This document shows, piece by piece, positions 52,679 through 64,000 of a stretch of DNA of 64,000 nt. The stretch comes from Psilocybe cubensis (Eukaryota). The notes beneath the pieces are model-generated. The model did not search any database and was not told the DNA's origin. It worked only from the letters and a program-made list of their open reading frames with translations. Numbering within the stretch: position 1 is the first letter of the stretch; each line of letters begins with the position of its first letter. The translations under genes and the position numbers were made by a program. Where the stretch lies: positions 1,240,001-1,304,000 of the forward strand of contig CM039001.1 of the NCBI GenBank assembly GCA_017499595.2, read 5' to 3'.

Positions 52679-55508
52679 TCAATACCCTCCTCCATATCCA
52701 TAACTGCGAGTGGTGGGGATCCCCACGGGTACCCCATACGCAGGATTGGCAACAGGCGCACCGTATGCGGGAGTGGCGCCAGAAACACCATATCCAGGAG
52801 CATTCGCAGGCACCCCGTAAGCGGACCCTGAGCTAGTTATACCATACGCAGGACCATTGGATGCATTGTAAGTTCCACCTGGCGTACCATATGCAACACT
52901 GGTGTTAGCATTGGGTACACCATAAACAGAATTTGCATTCGGCGGACCATAAACGGAGGTAGCGCTGGGTGCGCCGTAGCCAGAAGTGATACTAGCGGGT
53001 GTACCATAAGCAGGTGTAGCACTGGGACCATATGCGGAAGTGGAATATCCCGCAGAAACGGCTGAACCAGCTCCAAATGCCCGATTAGCAAGAGGAATGG
53101 CAGTCGGTCCTTGAGGCAAGCACGCAATATATATGGTATATATTTTTTCTCGGGCCTTGGCCTTTTTTCTTGCTTTTTTTTCCTTACGGCGCCTCTTCTC
53201 CTCATATTTTTCTTCCCGTCGGCGCCTAGTTTCCATCTCTGCTTGACCCATTAAAGGTCGCCCATAAGGATCCACCATTCTCTTTCTGTAACCAGAATCT
53301 TCCGAATCCGAAGACGAATCTGAGGATGATGATGATGAATCGGCTGTGTCATCATACTTAGGGAGACGGACGGTCGCAAAGCCTGCTTGTGGACCAGTAC
53401 GCCTTTCACGTCCTTTATAGAGGAGTAATTCTACTCCGCGAGGATAGAAAAAGGATTGATTCCACAATGAGATTAAATCCACTGCAAGTGTGGATTTTCT
53501 GGGGGGCAATCCATTCTGTTTTAAAGATGGCACAGGGAGTTGACCCGTCCAAGCACGTCCCAAGTCCTGCACATTACTGATAAATCTATGTAAAACCTTG
53601 ACATAGATGATTGCGTACCTGCATACATCGTTTCCAGTCATCATGGTATATATCATGAGTTGTCAAAACCGGTGGCATTTTTGGATATGGTGGATCACAA
53701 ATGTCGTCCATATCTTCCACCTTTATCATCTCGAAAGGTGCGAACGTATTGGATGCATTGATAGGACGGGAAAATGCTTCTGGAGCCGCCAATTGCTGAG
53801 GCTCTGGAGGAATTGATGCGAGGGGTATATGGGGGGATTTACTGGGGTAAGAAGACGGTTTTCCTATCGCTATTTCAAGAAGGTTACTCAAACCAGCATA
53901 AAATAATTTTGTTAGAAACATTACCAGAGGGGGAAGGTGCTCGGGAAGAAGCAGCTCGAGAAGGCGCTCGTGATCGGGGCAGAGGCGCTACACCATTAAT
54001 GATCGGTTGTCCCTCGAGAATGTGGCCACGAGGATAGACCTGAGTTGAAGGATTTCCAAATGGCGTCGTAGAACGCAGAGCACCATCTCCAGAGGTACGC
54101 GAAGGGGCAATTGAATAATCACTCCCAGCATAGCCTCCGGAGTTGACTGCACCATAAGAAGATGATATATCCAATGGGCGCATGTTTGGCGAAGGGACAG
54201 CATATCGAGAGCCTTGCGAATAGGGGTCAGGAGGATATTTGCCTTGTGTTTGCGGCACACCATAAGGTTGCACTGATGCTGGATAGACCCCGGATACAGG
54301 CGGGTATGAATTGGGGTTCGAGCGGTCGGGATAACCACCGCTGATTGTACGAGCCCGCTCGTACGTACTTTCGCTTGTGTTGTACTCGCGATCACGATCA
54401 CGATCACGACGACTTGCAGCGCTTGATTTGCGGCTACGCGCTTCTGAATATTCTTTGTTACGGTCAAGTTCCATATCTTTCATTTGCCTAGTAAGGTCAA
54501 CAAAAGAACCACTGCGGCTCCTGGTGTGGGTTGAGTATGGAGTAGGGTATCCAGAAGGGATCACAGGCGGTGGTGGCGGTCCAATTGGCGTTCCATAGCT
54601 GCCGTATGGGTTGGTAGGATATCCATTCGCTGCTACGCTTGGGTGGGTTGGGTATCCTGAAGTTGGCCCTTGACCAGGGAATGGAATAGAAGCAGGTGCA
54701 GTGGCGCCTCCTGCACTAAAACTCCTGCTACGCTCCCGGCCTTTGGAGCCATAGGGATCCAGTTCGCGAGATACGCGATCATAATCATAACTGTTCCGGC
54801 CATCTTGTTCACGATATCGATTAGCCTCTTTGTCTCCTTGTTTCCTTTTCTTCGCATCTGAGCGTTGCCTATGTGAATGACGGACTTATTAATTGGAGAA
54901 AAGTTTAATCGTCGAAACACCTCACCAATCCACAACAGCATTTAAATAAGTTTGTGCCCAAATATTTGGGTCCTAAAGAGAGTTCACAATCAGTTCTTCG
55001 CATTTCACATCTAAGAACAGCCGAAATCAGACTTACATGTCCAGTCACGATAACATGATGAGATCCAGATGGAGGGATAAAGCTTGGAGCCTCGCTGGGG
55101 ACCCACTGTATTCCACTTAGGACTCCACTAACCGTTTGATAGCTGCGATGTGCAACAATCATCCAGCGGATCAATATCATAGCAAACAAAATTTAAACGC
55201 AGTTATCAAAACTGACCTAGCAAACACAGACCTGTCGATTAAGATTAGCAATGAATAGACGGTCACTTTGCGCTCGTCGACGCTCACTTGTGTTGTTGAT
55301 ATGTTGGTCGTCCATCTGGGCCAGGGTTGCAGACCACAATAAATGCTCCAGGAGGTACTTGTCCCGATGTTGCAGGTTGAGGTTGTTGCGAATCGTAGCT
55401 TCTGTCCAGCAATGGTGGCCCGAATGGAGAGGTCGATCTGTACGGTTCAGAGGGAGCGCGTTGCATTGCAACAACTTGCTGGAAGAACGCTGGCACTACA
55501 GTATCCAC
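52679..55508 (-). CDS. Uncharacterised Pro/Tyr/Gly-rich protein with C-terminal AYGxP repeats
   Basis: Colinear minus-strand ORFs (55508, 54564, 53921, 53656) separated by intron-like gaps. Globular segment THDIYHDDWKRCMQDL..LWNQSFFYPRGVELLLYKG. Confidence 0.7.
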
Positions 55509-55908
55509 AAGAGATGTGGATACGGAAATGGGGGATACAGAGAAGGGAAAAGGCTGTTAAGGAAGAATGACGAGTGAAAGTGGCTCTTTGTAGTTGAATC
55601 CTTTCAATAATCGGCCTTCAACGCTCCTTTGAGATTTGACACTCTCAGCCCTTACTCCGTTTGGGAAACATTCGGCTAGATAAGATTACAAGTTTGGATT
55701 GATGAGCTGGCGACTAGCCGACAGCAACTTGGTGCTTCCCAGAGTAAGTATAGACTGAAGTGCCGCGGTCAGTATATAGAACTAATCAAACTCAGCAATA
55801 AATGCATCCTTTCAAACAAAGCAAAGATATAAAACAATAAAGATGAAAAGTAATTACGATACAAAATCCGTGATTCTGACAAAAACGTACCCGCCGTCAC
55901 CCTGTCAT

Positions 55909-56785
55909 CTAAAAGAACTTCCACCATATAACAATAATAATGAGGAAGCCAACTGCGCCTAAGGGAGCATACTGCCTAAGCATTGCGTTGAAATTTATGT
56001 TCCGCGCAGCTTTTCGATACTTTTCTGAATCGGACTTTAGTGATGTCGATAACTGGGACATTCCTGAGTGATGAAGCGTGAGGAGCGAGCAATAAGAGCC
56101 ATGCCAATATACACACTATCAAGAGAGTCTCCTCTCCACAATAATTCTTCCATGTTTTTAGTCATGATTCTGGTGACATCTTGAAGGTCGTCGTTGAGTT
56201 TGTCGAGATTAGAACTAGCGGCGTTGGCCGTTCGCGAATCGCGATATAGTCTGGCAGTTTTAGACATGAAAGTATCTGAGGTTGAAAAAGTCAGCTGCAG
56301 TCTCTCAGAATTCGTATGCTCCACACACCAAAGCCTACGAAAGCATACGGTTTTCTGACTGTCTCCACCTTTGGACCGTACGTGTTCGCGAATTCTTTGG
56401 ACAATTCGTCCAAGTAGGAAAAGGCGAGCTTTCGTGGGTATGACTTGTCTGCAATAGTGAGAAAGACGACATTGTCTGAAATGAGATAGCTAAACAACAA
56501 TGTCAAAGGGGTTATATTGGCGACAAAGAGATTATGCGGACTGCAGGGAGTAGGGACCACTCTCTATCGAGCAACACGGTTCAGCATTCGGTGTTATTCG
56601 TCGGAAGATGAGTTTAGCCTGTTGCTTGTGCTCTTGCAAAGTTTGTTCTGTCTGTGTGCAAAAGTGACACGTCGCGGTCAGCGCGTAGAAGCTGGCAAAG
56701 GACAAGGACCAACCTGCTCGTCGTCGACGCTGGCCGCAAGGGGTAGGGCGTCTGAGGCCCTGACAATGATAGTAGAGCGGACCAT
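55909..56785 (-). CDS. SEC22: R-SNARE Sec22
   Basis: MVRSTIIVRASDALPLAASVDD, YPRKLAFSYLDEL, PYAFVGFDTF, LQDVTRIMTKNMEELLWRGDSLD and a C-terminal TM anchor. Confidence 0.96.
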
Positions 56786-57009
56786 GGGGGCGTTGGAGAG
56801 GTGTCAGTGAGCTCGCCGCCGGAGTGCGGATTGTGGAGGAGAGAGCACGTGAGGGCATACGTGTGAGGGATTTCAGACGCTGGTGCCAATTCGGGCATTC
56901 GTATAGCATGTGCATGTGCATCATATGCTTGTATGTTAAAAACCCATGATATCCCCAAATTCAATTGTTCCTCGTCCCTGCTTTTTGCCTCTAACCCCCA
57001 TCTTCCCCC

Positions 57010-57853
57010 ATGCCTCTCTCCGATATCATCAACGTCGAGAAACAAGTCTGTCGCCTCACTTTTTCTATGTTCTCCGTCTTCTGACATGGTGTCTCCCCTG
57101 CAGTTGGCATTCTATGGCGCATACCATTCAAATAAAATAAATGTCCTCATCCATGTCGTATGCGTTCCATTAATTGTCTGGTCTGTGCTGGCAACCTACA
57201 CTTGCATCTTTATTTTGCTTATCTGTCTTTAGGTCCTTTCAGGCTTTGGTAGCTCCGTTGCCCGTTCCCTCTTTCTTTCCTGCCTACCACCACGTTGTCA
57301 ATAACTACATGGTTTTCGACGTGAACTATGCCACTGTCATGGGCGTCGTTTATTTGGCCTACTACTTCATGCTTGAACCTATTGCCGCTGTGAGTCTGGT
57401 TTGCCCCCTCTTGGTCTAGTATTGTCTGGAATGGTCTCTCACTATGCCCTAAATTTACACACCTCCAGTTGCTCTACACGCCCATGATGACCGTGACTGT
57501 CCTGACGGCTACAGCATTTTCCCAGAGGCCGGGATTTACCTCACAGGCCATCGCTGTTCATGCTTTCTCTTGGATTGCTCAATTTGCAGGCCATGGATTT
57601 GCCGAAGGGCGAGCCCCGGCCTTACTGGACAATTTGCTCGGTGGTGAGTTCTTTTCAACAGCGACCTGGTCGATTATTGTTCATATTTCTTTGTTGTATA
57701 GCCGTTGTGCTTGCTCCCTTTTTTGTGCATCTTGAAGTTCTCTTTCATCTTGGTTACCGCCCAACGATGCAGAAGCGCATTAACAATGCCATCGGTGTCG
57801 AGATAACCAAGATTCGCAAGGCAGACGGTGAGAAACGTCGCAAAACCCAGTGA
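57010..57853 (+). CDS. MPO1: DUF962/Mpo1 2-hydroxy fatty acid dioxygenase-like membrane protein
   Basis: MPLSDIINVEKQ|LAFYGAYHSNKINVLIHVVCVP, WIAQFAGHGFAEGRAPALLDNL, LAPFFVHLEVLF. Confidence 0.9.
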
Positions 57854-58048
57854 TCAGCGGTAGCAATCACACTAGTATCTCAAATAATACATGTTAACGG
57901 ATTCCATTTTATTTCTTGTATATCTTTAATGTAGTATCATTTGTCTGAATGTAATACTTGTTCTAACTTGGTCAACGGCTTGCGGCTCCAGATATCACTT
58001 TTTTCTGGAATCCTGTCTAGTGTCCTTTTCGGTCAGGGCAAAGCCGGG

Positions 58049-59483
58049 TTAAATCAAACTTGCAGGAGGGCTGAGAACGGGTTCTCCAACGGGAGTGACG
58101 TAGGCCGAAGAAAGTCCACCATCGACAGTAAAATCGGCGCCCTACAAGAGAACAAGACATCAATAGCAACACCAGGAATTTAACTTTAATTTCCTACCGT
58201 CACGTAGCTACTTTCGTCACTGGCCACTAAATCACCAAAGAGAATCATCAGGAACGGTGGCCAACAAGTTCGAATTTACTCAATACACACAGAAAAGAGC
58301 TGCTTTTGCGAGCTCAACTGCTTCGCCGAAGCGACCCATAGGAAGATGCACCAAGCGGCGTTGTCGTTTCTCTTCGGTGTTGAGGAAATCCATCAACAAA
58401 GCTATCCAAGAACAATTAGATGGCAACGAATGGTTTAAGGGCATAGTATTATAAGCCTTACGTGTCTTAAGGGGGCCGCTGTTAAAGTGTGAGTAAGCGA
58501 CACGATAATAAAAGCTTTCGTTTAAGAATACACCTACGGGCAAAGAGAGTTGATTCGGATGCCTTCTCTAGCATGAACTATGGCCAGTTCGCGCGTCATA
58601 GCAAGGACGCCACCCTGTTGTGAGCGTTAATGGACTACTTTGGAATAAAAGATGGAAACAGGTGCTCTCACCTTGGAAGCAGTATCTATAAAACACAAGT
58701 TTATATCAGCATGTCCTAGGGGTTAAGACGTTTGAGAAACAAGATTACATGCCAGTTGGGGCGTAGCCGCTCCCATCAGAGCCACAAAACTGGCAGTATT
58801 AATGATGCTCCCGCCGACGTGAAGACCTTTCGATTCATCCGTTGGGTTCTCTCGCATGGCGGTAATGGCATATTTACATCCCCACCAAACGCCTTTGAGA
58901 TTTATTTGCATAGTCAAATCCCAAATGCGCTCTTCCGTATTCAGGGCATTATCGTCCTCGGGGTGCATAATGCCTTATCGTTGACGTATGGTTATTTTCG
59001 CGTTAGGTACATTCAAACTGTATAACGGACCGGCATTATTGAACTGGGATGGAAAGTTCGAATCAACGAAAAGAGAAATACACAGAAGGTGTAGAATTTT
59101 CTTCACCATGACATCCAGCCTGCCAAATTCCTTCACGGCTTTCTCAACAGCAGCCTTTACGTCTACTTCCTTTCCAACATCTGCCTTGGTTGCAAGGGCC
59201 TTGACGTTTGGATAACGTTCAGCAATGATGGCAGCACCCTTTTGAGCATTGTTCAAGTTTATATCCACGAGTAAAACGTTAGCGCCTTCCGAGGCGAACA
59301 GAATGGACGATTCTAAGCCGATACCCCTGTATTGAAAGCACGGTCGGGATCAGTCCAGTAATTATCTCGCATACTGTACTAACGATCCGGCACCAGTCAC
59401 GAGAGCAACCTGGAGTTAATTGAGGAGTTGTGACAAACGGTCAGGAATGAGCGGGATACCTTGTTCTGGAGACGTCCTGGCAT
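58049..59483 (-). CDS. Short-chain dehydrogenase/reductase
   Basis: VALVTGAGSGIG, FGRLDVMFNNAG, GSIINTAS, catalytic YTASK, GIRINSLCPG, PMGRFG and VDGG. Confidence 0.93.
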
Positions 59484-59878
59484 TTTCCTGGTGCAGAGTA
59501 CCACAAAGAGCAAAGAATTGTGGTAGTATTGATAACGATATGCAATCTTGGTTCCATCGCGACATCGGCCTTAAATAGACCATAGCAGATCGCGTTACTC
59601 AAAGGCACGTGTGGGGAATACTTCAGCCTTTACTACGTCACACAGTCACCACTAAAAAATAAGCTTTCGATAGACGTTCAAGTTGCAACAAAAATTAAAA
59701 ATAAATGAATGTAACATATGGTATCGAGGTCATTATCCAGTAAAAATACATGAATTGATGTTGGATTCCATGTGGCGTTTATTATAAGTCGAGAAAGAAT
59801 CGTCGGAAGACGCGAATCAGTGGATCGTCAGAGAACGAGGATCCACACAGACTCATGAATGTAACCCAAGAAGAACGA

Positions 59879-61460
59879 TTATCGTAGGGACATTGGAAAA
59901 TCCGGGGGATAACTGTCCTGAGTGTTTCCAAAGAATGCCAGAAGATCAACTGGCGATGATTGGAGCGAGTTTTCTTGACTCGCATCGACTGGTTGCGTTA
60001 CGGAATCCGCAAGACGGTACCCGTCATTGAAATCTTCCCCTTGGGATGCTTCATATCCAGAGTCTTGAGATAGAGGTATTGGTTTGTGCTTGATAGGGCA
60101 GAGAATCTGACTGTCGTGTGAGGGATGGTCGCATTTAACTGATGATGTCGTATATAGCTTAGGAATGAAGGAAAGATGATGTCGAACAGGCTCTTCACAT
60201 TGAGAGCTTGATTCCGTGATGGTTTTATTGACGTATTCCCTAGTAGATTTCGACCTATCTCGAAGTTGTTTCACGAATGCTTCATATTGAGAGTCTGATT
60301 CTGTACCAGAAACTTCCGCACCTCCCTGGCGAAATTGTAGCGTATGGCTCTCCTGCTCAATACAAAGTGACGAGTTTTCGGACTTAAAATTTTGGTCAAG
60401 CACTCCGTATTGTATCGGGACTGGGAATAATTCATCCGAAAGGGACCTGTTAATCCTGCCTGCAGACTTTTTTAGAAAAAGTGCACTTAATCTTGCTCTA
60501 TCAGATGAGTTTGGGGACAGATAATATTGGAAGAACATACTGAGACAAGGGCTTCGTACGTTCCAATGTAAAGTCATTCTGATTGCATGTCATGTCCGGT
60601 ATACTGAGTTCTATTTCTTGACTCTGAGAGCTAGGTATGCATTCATAAGAAGCAGAATCTTTTGCATGACCATGGCCATCCTTTGATGTGTCAACTAGAT
60701 TTTCTCCGCGTTCTTCTGAGACAGAAAGGGGGGGTTGACTTTGAGAAGATTCGACTAGAAAATCAACATCGTCTGCTGGGGTAAATGAATGCTCCTCTCT
60801 TTCTTGTGGTGCAGGGTTTTCCTTGGAGGGAGAGTTGGCGATTTTTATTGCCAATGGTTGTGTTTGGGATGAGGGCACTTCCTCGTTTAATGGGTCTAGA
60901 ATAGAAAGGGAGAATGTAGACTGGTCGATTGTTCGTTTGCACTCGGTTTCTTGAGTATATAGGAAGTTTCGACTGCAAGGATCCAAAGTTTGACGTGGCA
61001 TAGTGGTTGGTGAAGAATAGAGTGTAGAACGGCTTCTTGTTGATTTCTTAGAGCCATTGATACATGATAATTCCGGCCTATCCGAGGGAAGAGAAGTCAA
61101 CCTATATTGCTGTGAAGATCCCTCGTTTGTCAGTGGAGGAGTTCGGAGCTGTATGTGGCTGCTCTCAACCCCCTTCGTTCGCTTTCGTAATATCTTAGGA
61201 GTTATATGGCCTGGCGTCTGTGAGCCTGACGCGGTATCGTCGTCACTAGCTGCTTTCGATGAGCCAAAGAAAGTAAGGATGGTTGGTTTTGTTCGAGAAA
61301 CAGAAGTCTTGTGCTCGCGCATCATATCTTTATTATGTCCCGATGTTTCAATTTTTCGCTTCTTTAGAGGCGGTTTGCTGCTGATGTTGCCAGAGTCACC
61401 ATTCGCTTTCGGTTTCTTTTCCATGTAAAGCGTTATTGGGGCTTCTCCTAGAAGCGGCAT
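59879..61460 (-). CDS. Uncharacterised disordered nuclear protein with SQ/TQ clusters
   Basis: ORFs 60501-61460 and 59879-60577 join in frame via a short intron (60498-60540). NLS-like PPLKKRK. Probable 5'-UTR intron upstream. Confidence 0.7.
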
Positions 61461-61622
61461 ATTTCTACAAATTTAGGTAAGATGGATTAACCACCTCATG
61501 ACATAAGGATAGAAGCGCTTACCTTCAATAATCTTTGAAGTATTTTAAAGAGATTAGATTTTGAGTTGATGCGTTGAAGTCAAAGTCAAAAGTCAATTAC
61601 TACTTAACTGCCACCGAACGTG

Positions 61623-62142
61623 CGATAATGTGTTGTCACGTGACCGTGTTATTTGCTTCCGGATCCCACAGCGACAAGGTCGACATCCTTCCAAGTGCTA
61701 AAAATGATCAGGGCTATCTCTCTGCGTCTCCACTCCATTGTTATCGCAGCGATATGGATAATGTAGCCGATTCTAGAACGGTGGATATCTGCGCTATGTA
61801 TACTCTTTTGACATCGCTAGTTCTTCCAGGAACTGTATGTCGGCTATCCCATCCAGATGCAGGTTGAACCTGAAGACAGAACCGTGATTTCCCAACCGGT
61901 GACGGTGCGCACTGCGAGACTCGGCACTGCAAGATACTTTCTGCATGTGTGTTTTCGGCTTCAAGATCTTTTTCCGCTCTGCTTTATATCACTCCGACGC
62001 CTTGTTGACGCTCTAGCTCAATTTATTGAACATACCTTCGGGGAAATGTTTTGAAGCGTACGGTATATTCCCCATCTGTCAATGGGTCGATGGTTATTAT
62101 CTCGATGATAGAGTCTAGTCCCACGAGCCGCAACCTTTATCG
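61623..62142. promoter_or_regulatory. HGATAR site cluster upstream of nitrite reductase (AreA/NIT2-type control)
   Basis: Six HGATAR matches at 61623, 61714, 61741, 62097, 62106 and 62137 (both strands). Confidence 0.55.
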
Positions 62143-62256
62143 AGGATATTCTCATCCTTCAGGATATGCTGCTTCTTTCTCAGCCTCCTCTGTACTGCTC
62201 CTTATATTCCCTGAGTTTGACGGACATCTTTTATACTTCCAATACACCATATCAAT

Positions 62257-64000
62257 ATGGATCATTCAATTCCTTCTGCCTCTGTGGATAGTGTCGGAAA
62301 AGGGGACACAGGACGCATTCTCGTCATTGGTATGGGAATGGTAAGGTCTCAGAGTTCTGATATCTTTCGTTATTTTTTTTATTAATATTCAATAGACAGC
62401 TTTAGCATTTTTGGAGAACCTGTTTGCATATGAAAATGACTCTGGATTCAAAGAGACCACGTACTGGCAAGTTACTGTAGTCGGAGAAGAACCATGGTAT
62501 CCATACAACCGGGTCGGTTTGGTAAGTGAGCTAGTATCACCGAGGAACTTTTGATCACTAATTATCAAACCTTCCAAAGACACAATACTTTGCCCATCGA
62601 ACTGTCGCAGACCTTTACCTACAGCACCCTTCCTGGTATTCATCTCATAAAAAGAACCGTCTAATTCATATCACAAACGACCCGGTCATCCATCTCGATA
62701 TTACTAAGCAACAGGCATCAACCAGAAATGTTAGCCAATCGTCATTGTTTCAACCATCGTCTGACCATATTATAGGGTATCCATATCCAATATGATATAT
62801 GCATTTTTGCCACTGGGTCGCATGCAGCTATACCACCATACCTATCGACAACCGCATTGCAAAATACACAAGGAATTTACGTTTACCGCACCATTGAAGA
62901 CCTGGAACGAATGATAGTTTTTGCAGAGTCGACGTCGATTAGAAATGCTGCAGTAATAGGCGGAGGTCTGCTGGGGTTGGAAGCTGCCAAGGCCCTCTTG
63001 GACTTGGATTCCGTTTCTCGCGTTACACTCATCGAGCGAAACAAATGGGTATATCGTGGTTTCCTTTTGTGTACAGTATTACTAACACTAAATAAGGTTT
63101 TAAGCCGTCAACTGGACGAAAAAGGCGGAAACTTGGTCTTAGCTCAAGTGCAATCTTTGGGTATCGAAGTCTTACTCGAAACGCAGGTTCAATGTATTCT
63201 CACTACCAAGGTTGACGGAAATCTAGTGGCCAGCGGTCTAGGTTTCAAAGACGGCTCACAAAAATCTTTCGATATGATTGTATTCGCTATTGGCATCACC
63301 CCGCGAGGAGAGCTTGCCCAGCAGGCCGGTATTGCGACAGATGTTAGAGGGGGGATCATCGTCAAAGATGATTTACGGACTTCCTCGCCCAATGTATACG
63401 CTATCGGAGAATGTGCTTCTTGGAAAGAAGAGTCCTATGGATTTATAGCTCCCTGTATTGATATGGCCGATATATTGGCGTATAATTTGACTCGAGGTCC
63501 TGGCCATGAAATGAAGGCCATGACACCTCCTGACAGAAGTACAAAGCTCAAACTCATGGGAGTAAACGTGGCCTCATTTGGCGACTACTTCGCTGACCAA
63601 AAGCCCTTGGAAACGGTGGATATTCCGGGCCACAGAAAACATGGCAAAAACGCTACCTCTGTCGCTCCTCTTCGGTCACTCACATATCATGATCCATTTG
63701 GCCCAGTTTACAAAAAATATATCTTCACGGGAGATGGAAAATATCTTTTGGGTGGAATGATGGTCGGAGACGTTAATGATTACACTAAGCTAATTTCTAT
63801 CATAAGGAAGAGGGTAATGTGTTGTTTGGCAGTTATATTTAAATCTTTTTTACTTATCATACCTGGATGCAGCAACCATTGGAATATCCCCCTAGTCAAT
63901 TGATTTTGGGTATTCCCAGGCAAGAAGGCGAATCCGACGGCGACGACCTGGACGACAATGCACAAATCTGCTCCTGCTATAATGTATCTAAGGCCACAAT
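62257..64000 (+). CDS. niiA: Assimilatory NAD(P)H nitrite reductase (5' part; runs off the window)
   Basis: VGEEPWYPYNRVGLTQYF, FATGS, VYRTIEDL, GGGLLGLEAAKA, LSRQLD, YAIGECASW, TKLKLMGVNVASFGD, YKKYIFT, LLGGMMVGD and QICSCYNVSK (start of the BFD-like 2Fe-2S domain). Confidence 0.95.

Noticed and set aside
54388..54412. (CGATCA)n repeat
   Set aside because: It simply encodes an RDRDRD tract in the minus-strand gene and is not a CRISPR array or satellite.
57010..59483. MPO1 plus SDR as a fatty-acid alpha-oxidation mini-cluster
   Set aside because: Only adjacency supports it. The genes are convergent and the SDR substrate is unknown.

Overview
Eukaryotic, gene-dense fungal DNA. Many short (about 45-70 nt) GT-AG introns with CTRAY branch sites, microexons and DUF6533-type genes point to an agaricomycete (mushroom-forming basidiomycete); this is an inference. 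Manual splicing gives about 26 genes. They are mostly conserved housekeeping or nuclear genes: YRB1, cactin, UBA1, a Pho80/Clg1-like cyclin, FAR11, two forkhead factors, DRE2, BCD1, MED18, HEI10, KCS1, MTFP1, GCD2, RAT1, SEC22, MPO1 and an SDR. Also present are a tandem pair of DUF6533 multi-TM paralogs that the ORF track misses, several uncharacterised low-complexity proteins, and the 5' part of an assimilatory nitrite reductase with a GATA-rich promoter. I found no convincing transposon, tRNA, rRNA or CRISPR. The best novelty candidates are (i) an orphan protein with SILK-like and RVxF PP1-docking motifs plus a TFIIS-N-like domain, whose 5' half is strongly CpG-depleted; (ii) an orphan SQ/TQ-cluster protein with PIP-like and DSG degron motifs; and (iii) a long, structured forkhead-gene intron containing forkhead and MCB-like sites. 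Coordinates are gene spans including introns, and exon boundaries were inferred by eye.
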